This document shows, piece by piece, positions 6,235 to 14,892 of a stretch of 18,004 bases of DNA. The stretch lies in assembly GCA_036351155.1 (NCBI GenBank), contig JAZBOO010000391.1, forward strand, positions 1 to 18,004. The letters are read 5' to 3'. A program made the position numbers and the translations under genes. Under the pieces are notes generated by a model that saw only the letters and a program-made list of their open reading frames with translations, was not told the DNA's origin and searched no databases. The stretch comes from Candidatus Krumholzibacteriia bacterium. Its GTDB lineage: Bacteria > Krumholzibacteriota > Krumholzibacteriia > LZORAL124-64-63. Position 1 is the stretch's first letter. Every line of letters starts with the position of its first letter.

Positions 6235-6271
6235 TTGCCTCCACCCACCTATTTGGCTATTTTGCCAAATA
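6235..6271 (+). promoter_or_regulatory. Sigma70-like promoter overlapped by an ArsR/SmtB-type operator palindrome
   Basis: TTGCCT (6235-6240)-N17-TATTTT (6258-6263). IR TATTTGGC-N6-GCCAAATA (6250-6271) straddles the -10, the usual layout for autoregulated ArsR operons. Confidence 0.65.
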
Positions 6272-6313
6272 CGCAAAACCGGCACCCGAAAACCAGAAAG
6301 CCCGAGGAGCCCC

Positions 6314-6643
6314 ATGAACCCCCAGACCAAGGCCCTGTTCACCGCCCGCGCCGGGATCATCAAGGCCATGGCCCATCCCACCCGCCTGTTCATGGTGGAT
6401 GAGCTGGGGCGGGGCGAACAGACGGTGGGCCGGCTGCAGGAAATGGTCCAGGCCGACATGTCCACCGTGTCCAAGCACCTCACGGTGCTGAAAACCGCCG
6501 GCATCATCCAGGACGAAAAACGCGGCAACCAGGTGTTCTACTCCCTGCGCTGCCCCTGCGTGCTGGACTTCTTCTCGTGCGTGGAATCGGTCCTCCAGAC
6601 CAATGCCACGATCACCCTTGATCTGATGGAGAACCGATCATGA
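6314..6643 (+). CDS. arsR: ArsR/SmtB-family transcriptional repressor, 109 aa
   Basis: SD GAGGAG then ATG 6314. Winged HTH: KAMAHPTRL...STVSKHLTVLKTAGII..EKRGNQVFYSL. Confidence 0.93.
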   Translation: MNPQTKALFTARAGIIKAMAHPTRLFMVDELGRGEQTVGRLQEMVQADMSTVSKHLTVLKTAGIIQDEKRGNQVFYSLRCPCVLDFFSCVESVLQTNATITLDLMENRS

Positions 6644-7812
6644 GCTGGCGCCGGGAAGCCAAGCCTCTGGCCTGGGGCCTGGGCGTGTTTGCCGCCCTGT
6701 ACTTTCTTCCCATCGGTTCGGCCCGATTCGACGGAGCCGTCCACGAAGCCCTGGCCCTGACCCGCTGGTATGCCCGCGAGCATGTTCTGCTGTGCCTGGT
6801 GCCGGCCTTCTTCATTGCCGGGGGGATCTCCGTTTTTGTCAGCCAGACCTCGGTCATGAAGTACCTGGGAGCCGGCGCGCGCAAGCTCACGGCCTACAGC
6901 GTGGCCGCCGTCTCGGGAACGGTTCTGGCCGTGTGTTCGTGCACTGTCCTGCCCCTTTTCGCCGGCATTTACGGCATGGGCGCCGGCATCGGCCCGGCCA
7001 CCACCTTCCTCTACTCGGGACCGGCCATCAATGCGCTGGCCATCATCTTGACCGCCAGGGTCCTGGGGGTGGAATTGGGCGTGGGGCGCGCCGTGGGCGC
7101 GGTGGTGTTCAGCGTGGTCATCGGCCTGCTCATGCACTTCTTCTTCCGCCACGACGAGCGCGAACGACAGGTGGCCGCCGCGGCCATGCCCGTCGATGAC
7201 CAGCCCCGCTCACTGGGCCAGACCGCCCTGACCTTTGCCGCCCTGATCGGTATCCTCGTGTTCACCAACTGGGGCGGAGCCGGCGAAGGCTTCTTCGGTC
7301 AGGTTCACGCCATCAAGTGGTGGCTGGTCGCAGGCAACGGCATCATCCTGGCCGTGGCCCTCACCCGCTGGTACACCCGCAGCGAACTGGCCGAATGGGT
7401 GGCCGCCAGCTGGGGATTTGCCAAGCAGATCATGCCGCTGCTGCTGATGGGTGTGCTGGTGGCCGGGCTGCTGCTGGGTCGCCCGGGTCACGAAGGCCTC
7501 ATCCCCTCGGAGTGGATCGTCCGCGCCGTGGGCAGCAACAGTCTGGGCGCCAACCTTTTTGCCGCCGTCAGCGCCGCCTTCATGTACTTTGCCACCCTGA
7601 CCGAGGTGCCCATCCTCGAGGGGTTGATGGGCGCCGGCATGCACCCGGGCCCCGCCCTGACCCTGCTGCTGGCCGGCCCGGCCGTGTCGCTGCCCAGCAT
7701 CCTGGTCATGCGCAGCATCATGGGCGGCAAGAAGACCACCGTTTTCCTGATCCTGGTCGTGGTGCTCTCCAGCTTGACCGGGACCATTTTCGGAACCCTG
7801 CAAGGAGCGTAA
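6640..7812 (+). CDS. DUF318/ArsP-family permease, 390 aa
   Basis: Multi-TM protein with the two ArsP-type signatures AVCSCTVLPLFAGI...FLYSGPAIN and YFATLTEVPI...LLLAGPAVSLPS. ATGA overlap with arsR. Confidence 0.9.
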   Translation: MSWRREAKPLAWGLGVFAALYFLPIGSARFDGAVHEALALTRWYAREHVLLCLVPAFFIAGGISVFVSQTSVMKYLGAGARKLTAYSVAAVSGTVLAVCSCTVLPLFAGIYGMGAGIGPATTFLYSGPAINALAIILTARVLGVELGVGRAVGAVVFSVVIGLLMHFFFRHDERERQVAAAAMPVDDQPRSLGQTALTFAALIGILVFTNWGGAGEGFFGQVHAIKWWLVAGNGIILAVALTRWYTRSELAEWVAASWGFAKQIMPLLLMGVLVAGLLLGRPGHEGLIPSEWIVRAVGSNSLGANLFAAVSAAFMYFATLTEVPILEGLMGAGMHPGPALTLLLAGPAVSLPSILVMRSIMGGKKTTVFLILVVVLSSLTGTIFGTLQGA

Positions 7813-7814
7813 CG

Positions 7815-8045
7815 ATGGACATCGCGATTCTGGGCACCGGCTGCCCCAAGTGTGACAAGCTGACCGCTGAAACCAAGCTGGCGGTGCAGGAACTGGGACT
7901 GGACTGCGAGGTGCGCAAGGTCACCGAGGTGGCGGACATCATGAGCTACGGCGTCATGCTGACTCCCGCCCTGGTGGTCAACGGCAAGGTCAAGGTGGTG
8001 GGCAAGGTGCCTTCGCTGGCCGAAATCAAAACTCTTCTCGCCTGA
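7815..8045 (+). CDS. Small redox-active disulfide protein (MTH895/Thioredoxin_3 family), 76 aa
   Basis: MDIAILGTGCPKC...YGVMLTPALVVNGKVKVVGKVP; SD AAGGAG. The 7317 start in the track is an over-extension. Confidence 0.92.
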   Translation: MDIAILGTGCPKCDKLTAETKLAVQELGLDCEVRKVTEVADIMSYGVMLTPALVVNGKVKVVGKVPSLAEIKTLLA

Positions 8046-8075
8046 AACATGAACATCTAACCGGCAGGTTTATTC

Positions 8076-8504
8076 ATGACCACGACTTCTTCCCGCACCT
8101 GGATTCGCCCCGTGCTGGCCGTGGCTGTTCTGGGCCTGGCCATTGCCGTGTTCCTGCTGAGACCCGCGGCACAGGACGGCGACAACCAAGCTCAGCACCA
8201 GGCAGCCACCGAAGTTCTGCTGCCTCAGCTGGTCGACCTCGGTGCAGACAAATGCGTCCCCTGCAAGATGATGGCCCCCATTCTCGAGGAACTCGCCACC
8301 GAGAAGGCGGCCTATTTCTCCGTGCAGTTCATCGACGTCTGGAAGTTCCCAGAGGCGGCGCAGCCCTACAACATCAGGGTCATTCCCACGCAGCTTTTTC
8401 TGGCCCCTGATGGAACTGAACTGTTCCGCCATGAGGGCTTCTTTTCCCGGGAAGAGATCCTTTCCAAGTGGACCGAACTCGGCTACGCCACGGGCCCGGC
8501 CTGA
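8076..8504 (+). CDS. Membrane-anchored extracytoplasmic thioredoxin, 142 aa
   Basis: N-terminal TM/signal anchor; LVDLGADKCVPCKMMAPIL active site; cis-Pro motif IRVIPTQ; FRHEGF. Confidence 0.9.
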   Translation: MTTTSSRTWIRPVLAVAVLGLAIAVFLLRPAAQDGDNQAQHQAATEVLLPQLVDLGADKCVPCKMMAPILEELATEKAAYFSVQFIDVWKFPEAAQPYNIRVIPTQLFLAPDGTELFRHEGFFSREEILSKWTELGYATGPA

Positions 8505-9205
8505 TGGAAGGCCTGTTCACCCAGCTGACCATCGCCCTGGAGGGAGCCCTCCCCCTGGCACTGGGCGCCGCGTTCCTCTGGGGTATGCTGAGCATCGTGC
8601 TGAGCCCCTGCCACCTGGCCAGCTTGCCCTTGATCGTGGCCTTCATCGGAGGACAGGAAACCAGGAGCCGCCAACGGGCCTGGTGGCTCTCCACCCTGTT
8701 TGCCCTGGGCATCCTGATCACGGTGGCTTTGCTGGGGGCGGTCACGGCCGCATCCGGTCGGATCATGGGCGACATCGGAGCCGTGGGTAACGTAGCTGTG
8801 GCGGGGATTTTCCTGCTGTTCGGACTGGTTCTCCTGGACCTCATTCCTCTGCAGATTCCCGGCATCAACCAGGTGGCCATGAAACGCAAAGGCGCCTGGG
8901 CTGCCCTGTTGATGGGACTGGTGTTCGGCGTCGCCCTGGGTCCCTGCACCTTCGCCTTCATGGCCCCGGTGCTGGCCCTGGGATTCCAGGTCGCGGCCCA
9001 GCACGCCTGGCAGGGGTTGCTGCTGGTGATCTGTTACGGAATGGGCCACTGTCTGGTGATCGCCCTGTTCGGAGGCAGCGCCGCCTGGGTCCAGAAAACC
9101 CTGGACTGGAACGCCTCCTCCCGGGCCGGACAATACCTGAAGAAGATTTGCGGTTTTTTGATTATCCTGGCTGGATTCTATCTCCTGTACACCGCCCGCT
9201 CCTGA
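8504..9205 (+). CDS. ccdA: CcdA/DsbD-beta transmembrane disulfide reductase, 233 aa
   Basis: ATG overlaps the previous stop (TGATG). About 6 TM helices with the paired motifs LSPCHL and LGPCT. Confidence 0.88.
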   Translation: MEGLFTQLTIALEGALPLALGAAFLWGMLSIVLSPCHLASLPLIVAFIGGQETRSRQRAWWLSTLFALGILITVALLGAVTAASGRIMGDIGAVGNVAVAGIFLLFGLVLLDLIPLQIPGINQVAMKRKGAWAALLMGLVFGVALGPCTFAFMAPVLALGFQVAAQHAWQGLLLVICYGMGHCLVIALFGGSAAWVQKTLDWNASSRAGQYLKKICGFLIILAGFYLLYTARS

Positions 9206-9219
9206 CCAAGGATGCTTCC

Positions 9220-10365
9220 ATGAACCGCGACATGTTCCTGCTCCGCCCCGAGATCACCTTCCTGAACCACGGATCGTTCGGGGCCTGTCCTCGTGCCGTG
9301 TTTCAGTTTTATCAGGACCTGCAGCGCGAACTTGAAGGCCAGCCCGTGGAATTTCTGGGCCGGGAATTGCCCGACCGTCTGGCCGCCGCCCGCCACGTCC
9401 TGGGAAAGTATGTGGGCGCCCACGGCGACGACCTGGTGTTCGTGACCAACGCCACCACGGGCCTGAACATCATCGCTCGGTCTCTGGACCTGCAGCCGGG
9501 CGATGAGATCCTGTCCACCGACCAGGAATACGGCGCCCTCGACCGCACCTGGCGCTTCCTGGAAAAGAAGAAGGGCCTCCGTTACATCCGGCGGGAAATT
9601 CCCCTGCCCTTGACCGATCCGCAGCAAGTGGTCGAGGCCGTGTGGAACGGGCGTACAGCAAATACCAAGGTGCTGTTCCTCAGCCACATCACCTCGCCCA
9701 CGGCCTTGATCTTCCCGGTCCAGGAGCTGGTGGATCTGGCCCGCGCCGAAGGGATCATCACCATCATTGACGGAGCTCATGTGCCGGGGCAAATGGACCT
9801 GAACCTGGACCAGCTGGGCGCCGACTTCTACTCGGGCAACTGCCACAAGTGGTTGATGGCTCCCAAGGGTGCGGCCTTCCTGCACGCCCGCCGCGCCATG
9901 CAGCACCTGGTGGAGCCGCTGGTGGTCAGCTGGGGTTACGAGAGCCTGGAGCCCGGACCCAGCCCGTTCATCGACCAGCAGGAATGGACCGGCACCCGCG
10001 ATCCCTCGGCCTGGCTGACCGGGCCCCGGGCCATCGCCTTCCAGCAAGAGAACAGCTGGGACGCCGAGCGCACCCGCTGCCACGCCATGATCCTCGAGGC
10101 CCACGCGCGGATCACCGCCCTGACCGGCCAGCAGCCCATCTGCCCGGCAAATGGTCAGTGGTTCCGGCAGATGGCGGCCTTGCCCCTGCCCCCCGGCACG
10201 GACATAAAGCGTTTAAAGAATGAACTTTATAATCAATTTCAAGTTGAAATTCCGGTCTTGGAATGTGGCCCCAGATGTTATATTCGCCCTTCGGCCCAGG
10301 GCTACAACCAACCCCAGGATTTCGACCGCTTGCTGGAGGGATTGGAGGCCTCGCTGGGCACCTGA
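9220..10365 (+). CDS. Class V PLP-dependent enzyme (isopenicillin-N epimerase / cysteine desulfhydrase / Egt2-like C-S lyase family), 381 aa
   Basis: FLNHGSFGACP, VTNATTGLN, SHITSPTAL, IDGAHVPG, GNCHKWLMAPKG (PLP lysine), WTGTRDPS. Confidence 0.9.
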   Translation: MNRDMFLLRPEITFLNHGSFGACPRAVFQFYQDLQRELEGQPVEFLGRELPDRLAAARHVLGKYVGAHGDDLVFVTNATTGLNIIARSLDLQPGDEILSTDQEYGALDRTWRFLEKKKGLRYIRREIPLPLTDPQQVVEAVWNGRTANTKVLFLSHITSPTALIFPVQELVDLARAEGIITIIDGAHVPGQMDLNLDQLGADFYSGNCHKWLMAPKGAAFLHARRAMQHLVEPLVVSWGYESLEPGPSPFIDQQEWTGTRDPSAWLTGPRAIAFQQENSWDAERTRCHAMILEAHARITALTGQQPICPANGQWFRQMAALPLPPGTDIKRLKNELYNQFQVEIPVLECGPRCYIRPSAQGYNQPQDFDRLLEGLEASLGT

Positions 10366-10393
10366 GCACACATCCACCTCTGGAGGGCATAGA

Positions 10394-11407
10394 ATGCCGT
10401 GCCGCCTGCTGATCGCGCTCGTGCTGGTCACCACCCTGGCCTCGCTCCTGGTTCCGGCCCTGGTTCTGGCCGACGAGGAACCACCCCCTGCCCCGGCCGA
10501 TGGCGAACAACCGCTCGGGGTCATGGACTTCCTGCTGTCCACCAAGTATCTGTCCATGCTGGGGGTCACTGCCCTGGGTCTGATTCTCTTGCTGACCCGA
10601 CGCATCAACATCTGGATTCGTATCGCGGTCATGGCCGCCACTTTCATCCTGTTCGGCGTGGGCTGGGTGTTCAGCCTGCACCCCAGCCCAATGTGCGCCA
10701 CCACCAAGCTGTACCTGTTCAAGTTCACCACCGGGCGCTGGATGCCGGTCTTCATCGCCTTCGCGCTGGTCATCTTCGTGCCCAGCTTGATCGGCCGTAA
10801 ACTGTTCTGCGGATGGGCCTGTCCCCTGGGCGCCTTCCAGGAGCTGATCAACAAGATCCCCCACCGCTTCAAGATCAAGCACCCCAGCTTCACCGCCATG
10901 AACGCCATCCGGCTCTCGCTGATCGGCCTGTTCTTCCTGACCTTCCACGCCGGACGCACCCACATCGCCGCACTGGCCGGGGCCGTCGAGGCCGACCCCG
11001 CCAGCCGTATCTGGCAGATCTACTCGGCCATCAACATCTACGATCCCATCAACATGTTCGAGCTGATGCACTGGGAAATCACCACCATGTTCTGGGTGCT
11101 GATCAGTGTCCTGGTGGTGTCCAGTTTGGTCCTGTACCGGCCGTTCTGCTACGTCATCTGCCCCATCGGCGGGTTGACCTGGCTGCTCGAGCGCGTGGCG
11201 CCGGGGCGCGTGCGCGTGGACATGTCCGCCTGCAACAATTGCGGCAAGTGCGTGAAAGTGGCCCCCTGCCCCACACTCAAGCCCCTGCTGGCCGGTGAGT
11301 CCAGGAACCTGCCCGACTGCACCAGCTGTGGTGAGTGCCTGAACATCTGTCCCACCGACGCCATCTCCTTCGGGTTTGCCCCCCGAAAAGGAGCGCGCAA
11401 CGAGTGA
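10394..11407 (+). CDS. Membrane polyferredoxin (NapH/YccM/NosR C-terminal-like 4Fe-4S protein), 337 aa
   Basis: SD GGAGG then ATG 10394. TM helices, GRKLFCGWACPLG and RPFCYVICPIGG (CxxxCP), CNNCGKC...PCP and CTSCGECLNICP. Confidence 0.9.
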   Translation: MPCRLLIALVLVTTLASLLVPALVLADEEPPPAPADGEQPLGVMDFLLSTKYLSMLGVTALGLILLLTRRINIWIRIAVMAATFILFGVGWVFSLHPSPMCATTKLYLFKFTTGRWMPVFIAFALVIFVPSLIGRKLFCGWACPLGAFQELINKIPHRFKIKHPSFTAMNAIRLSLIGLFFLTFHAGRTHIAALAGAVEADPASRIWQIYSAINIYDPINMFELMHWEITTMFWVLISVLVVSSLVLYRPFCYVICPIGGLTWLLERVAPGRVRVDMSACNNCGKCVKVAPCPTLKPLLAGESRNLPDCTSCGECLNICPTDAISFGFAPRKGARNE

Positions 11408-13485
11408 GCAAACAGACCGTCCACCTGACCGCCTGCCCGCGCAACTGCTACAGCACGTGTGCCATGCGGGTGACGGTGAAGGATGGTCGGCTGGTTCTTG
11501 TCGAGCCGGAACCCGCCAACCGGGCCACCGCCGAGGGGCCCTGCCTGAAAGGCCTGAGCTATGTCGAGAGGGTGCACAGTCCCGAACGGATTGTGCACCC
11601 TTTGCGTCGGCAGCCCGATGGGTCCTTTGCCCAGGTGAGCTGGGAGGCGGCGCTGGATGAAATGGCCCACCAGCTGAACCGGGTGCGAAGCGAGCACGGC
11701 GCCCAGTCCGTGTTGTTCTACAGCGCCAGCGGCACCAAGGGATTGCTGAACCGCTGCGGGCTGGATTTCTGGCGCGCCTTTGGCGGCTGCACCACCACCT
11801 ACGGCGACCTGTGCTGGCCCGCCGGCCTCGAGGCCACCCGCCTCACCCTGGGTGCCAACACCCACAACGCGCCCTGGGATCTGGCCAACGCCCAGCTGAT
11901 CATTTTCTGGGGCAAGAACACCGCCGAGACCAACATTCACCAGATGACCTTCGTGGACCAGGCACTGGACCGGGGCGCCACCCTGGTGGTGATTGACCCG
12001 CGCCGCACGCAGACCGCCGAGCGCGCCCAGCTGCTGGTTCAGCCCCGGCCCGGCACCGACGGTTTTCTGGCCCTGGCCCTGGCTCGTCTGATCCGGGACC
12101 AGGGGAATGTGGACGCCGACTTCGTGACGTCCCGGGTGCATGGATTCGCTGAGTATGCCGCGATGCTGGATGAAGTGGACTTGGCCCGCCACGCCGAGAT
12201 CTGCGACGTGCCGCTGCCCGTCATCGAAGAGCTGGCGGCCCTGCTGGGCCACGTCAAGCCCGCCACCATCTGCGCCGGGTTCGGCATGCAGCGCTACACC
12301 AACAGCGGGCAGACCATGCGGGCCCTCCTTTCTTTGCTGGCGATGACCGGCAACTTCGGCCGGCCGGGCGCCGGCTGGGTGTACGCCAACCTGCAAACCG
12401 AGGTGTTCGGCGGCCCGCCGTCTCCGTTCTCGTTCTTTCCACCCTCCGCTTGCGGCGGCAACCCGGACAACACCGATGGCAATGTGCGCATCAGCGTGTC
12501 CACCGCCCGGCTCGGCCGGGACATGGCTGCGCAGCAGGATCCGCCGCTGAAGTTTGCCTGGGTCGAAAGGGGCAACCCCCTGTCCCAGAACCCGGACACC
12601 CAGAAGGTACGGACCGCCTTCCAGGCCCTGGATTTTTGCGTGGTTTCCGAACAGTTCCTGACAGACACCGCCCGCGAGGCCGACATCATCTTGCCCGCCA
12701 AGAGCATGTTCGAGCAAACCGACATCATCGGCGCCTACTGGCACACCTATCTTCAGTTGCGGCCCCGGATCATCGATCCGCCCGGCGAGGTGCGGCCGGA
12801 AACGGCGGTTTATCTGGAACTGGGGAAGAAGCTGAGCCTGAACCTGGCACAGAGCATCCCCGAGGAAACCGAGCAGGCTGTCCGCACCTGGCTTGACCGG
12901 CAACTGGCTCCTTTGAATCTGACCCTGGAAGACTTTGCCAAGGGCCCCGTGCTGGCTCCCGGACACGAGGAAGTGGCCTTCGCCGATGGGGTGTTCCCCA
13001 CCCCTTCCGGCAAGATCGAACTGCTGAGTTCCGAGGCCCGCCAGCGCTGGGACGTGGACCCGCTGCCCCGGGTGGACCTGCCCGTGGAATCGGCTCTGCA
13101 GAAGAGCCACGACCCACGTTTTCCCCTGCAGATGATGACCCCCAACACCAAGAACCGCATCCACAGCCAGTTCGGAAATCTGGCAGTGGTCCAGGCCATT
13201 GCCGACCCGCCCGAAGCGCAGATGCATCCGGTGGACGCAGCCGAGCGTGGAATTACCTCGGGCGACCTGATCCGCATTTTCAATGACAGGGGCGCGTTCA
13301 CGGTGAAAGCCCGCATCGACGGGGGTATTCGCCAGGGCTGCGTTTCGGTGACCAACGGCTGGTGGAGTAACGAGTGCGGCCCGGTGAACCTGACCAGCCT
13401 GGGCCGGGAAACCGACATGGCCTTCGGCTCGGCCTTCCACGACAACCTGGTGCAGGTGGAAAAAGCACGGGAGGGCACGCGGTGA
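11404..13485 (+). CDS. Molybdopterin (Mo/W-bisPGD) oxidoreductase catalytic subunit, DMSO-reductase superfamily, no Tat signal, 693 aa
   Basis: GTG overlaps the upstream stop (GTGA). C-x3-C-x3-C-x27-C cluster (CPRNCYSTC...CLKG), WGKNTAET, VIDPRRTQTA, PRPGTDG, FLTDTAREADIILPA, TPSGKIEL, MHPVDAAERGI..GD. Candidate metal ligand Cys in YGDLCWPAG. Confidence 0.93.
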   Translation: MSKQTVHLTACPRNCYSTCAMRVTVKDGRLVLVEPEPANRATAEGPCLKGLSYVERVHSPERIVHPLRRQPDGSFAQVSWEAALDEMAHQLNRVRSEHGAQSVLFYSASGTKGLLNRCGLDFWRAFGGCTTTYGDLCWPAGLEATRLTLGANTHNAPWDLANAQLIIFWGKNTAETNIHQMTFVDQALDRGATLVVIDPRRTQTAERAQLLVQPRPGTDGFLALALARLIRDQGNVDADFVTSRVHGFAEYAAMLDEVDLARHAEICDVPLPVIEELAALLGHVKPATICAGFGMQRYTNSGQTMRALLSLLAMTGNFGRPGAGWVYANLQTEVFGGPPSPFSFFPPSACGGNPDNTDGNVRISVSTARLGRDMAAQQDPPLKFAWVERGNPLSQNPDTQKVRTAFQALDFCVVSEQFLTDTAREADIILPAKSMFEQTDIIGAYWHTYLQLRPRIIDPPGEVRPETAVYLELGKKLSLNLAQSIPEETEQAVRTWLDRQLAPLNLTLEDFAKGPVLAPGHEEVAFADGVFPTPSGKIELLSSEARQRWDVDPLPRVDLPVESALQKSHDPRFPLQMMTPNTKNRIHSQFGNLAVVQAIADPPEAQMHPVDAAERGITSGDLIRIFNDRGAFTVKARIDGGIRQGCVSVTNGWWSNECGPVNLTSLGRETDMAFGSAFHDNLVQVEKAREGTR

Positions 13486-14831
13486 CCACCGCCCTCAAAC
13501 CCGCCTTCGTGTTCGACGTGAATCGTTGCGTGGGCTGCCGGGCCTGCGAGATGGCCTGCGTCCACGTCAATCAATTGAACATTGGTGACCTCCCAGCATC
13601 CGGCTCCTGGCGCGAGGTGCGCACCTTCAACGAGCTTCTGGTGCCCGGGGTGGAAAAGCTGCACCTGTCCATGGCCTGCAACCACTGCGAAGATGCCCCC
13701 TGCATGGCCCAGTGCCCCGCGCGAGCTTACAGCCGCGATGAAGCGACCGGCGCCGTACTCATCGACCCCGACCGGTGCCTGGGCTGCCGCTACTGCGCCT
13801 GGGTGTGTCCCTACGATGCCCCCCGGTTCAACGAGGCGCTGGGCGTCATGACCAAGTGCACGTTCTGCGTCGATCGCCAGCACGAGGGGCTGGAACCCAG
13901 CTGCACCCTGAGCTGTCCCACCGGGGCCCTGAAATTCGAGCGTCGCGACATCGGCACCCTGAGTCAAGAGGTGGCGGGTTTTGCCCAGGCCAGCACGCGG
14001 CCCGCGGTGGCCATCATGGGCCTGGAACCCGCACGCCGGCTGCCCCGCACACACGTTCCTGGGGTCACGCCTCCCTGGCAGGTTTTGTGGCAACGGATCA
14101 TCCCCCGGGTCACCTTCCGTCACGAGTGGCCGCTCGCGCTTTTCACCTGGCTTCTGGCCGTCATGACCGGCTTGCTGGCCGGAGCCATTTCCGGCCGGGT
14201 GACCCTGGACTGGCGGCTTTTCCTGGCCGCCGGCGTGCTGGGGATGGGCCTGAGTGCCTCGCATCTGGGCCGCAAAAGCCAGGCCTGGCGGGCGCCGCTT
14301 CACGGAAACCGCTCCTGGCTCAGTCGAGAAATTCTTCTCGCCACCGCCTTCCTGGCCACCGCCACCCTGGGACTGACTCCAATTTCAGGTGCCGATGGCT
14401 GGCTCCGCGCAGGGCTATACAGTGGTTTGGTTTGCCTGCTGGCGGTGGACATGGTGTACCGGGTCGGGGTCATCCGCGGGAGCGGCCCTCTGCACAGCGC
14501 CCACACCCTCATGACCGGACTCATGCTCATGGGCGCGGCAGCCGGAGACCTGTGGATTCTGGTCCCACTGGCGCTGCTGAAACTGGTCCTTTTCTGGACC
14601 CGGCAGTGGAATCGGCGCAGACTGGGCCTGACCGCCCCCCGACCCCTGGGCGTGGCCCGCACCGTGGCCACCCTGGCCGGCACGGCGCTACTGGGTGGGA
14701 TCATCGGCCCTATCTGGCTGGGTTTTTCGCTGCTGGCGCTGGGCGAGTTTCTGGACCGGGCCCGGTTCTACGACGAACTGGAAATTCCCACTCCCTCGAG
14801 CCTGATGCTGGACGGCATGCCCCGAACTTGA
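13482..14831 (+). CDS. Fused DmsB-like 4x[4Fe-4S] subunit and DmsC-type membrane anchor, 449 aa
   Basis: GTG overlaps the previous stop. 16 Cys in CVGCRACEMAC, CNHCEDAPCMAQCP, CLGCRYCAWVCP, CTFC...CTLSCP. Followed by DmsC motifs EWPLALFT, SASHLGR, SWLSREI, GEFLDRARFY. Confidence 0.9.
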   Translation: MTTALKPAFVFDVNRCVGCRACEMACVHVNQLNIGDLPASGSWREVRTFNELLVPGVEKLHLSMACNHCEDAPCMAQCPARAYSRDEATGAVLIDPDRCLGCRYCAWVCPYDAPRFNEALGVMTKCTFCVDRQHEGLEPSCTLSCPTGALKFERRDIGTLSQEVAGFAQASTRPAVAIMGLEPARRLPRTHVPGVTPPWQVLWQRIIPRVTFRHEWPLALFTWLLAVMTGLLAGAISGRVTLDWRLFLAAGVLGMGLSASHLGRKSQAWRAPLHGNRSWLSREILLATAFLATATLGLTPISGADGWLRAGLYSGLVCLLAVDMVYRVGVIRGSGPLHSAHTLMTGLMLMGAAAGDLWILVPLALLKLVLFWTRQWNRRRLGLTAPRPLGVARTVATLAGTALLGGIIGPIWLGFSLLALGEFLDRARFYDELEIPTPSSLMLDGMPRT

Positions 14832-14837
14832 CCGCAC

Positions 14838-14870
14838 AAAAACCTCCCCGGCACCAGGGCACCGAGGAGG
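14838..14870 (-). terminator. Intrinsic terminator for mcp-cheW, in the convergent gap
   Basis: Minus strand CCTCCTCGGTGC-CCTG-GTGCCGGGGAGG followed by TTTTT; mismatches are G:U on this strand. Confidence 0.65.
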
Positions 14871-14892
14871 CATGTCAAAAAAAGGTATCAGG

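Noticed and set aside
11404..13485. Calling the molybdoenzyme arrA, aioA or dmsA because of the ars context or the DmsC anchor
   Set aside because: No Tat leader, no Rieske subunit, shorter than those enzymes, and the candidate ligand region does not match DmsA.
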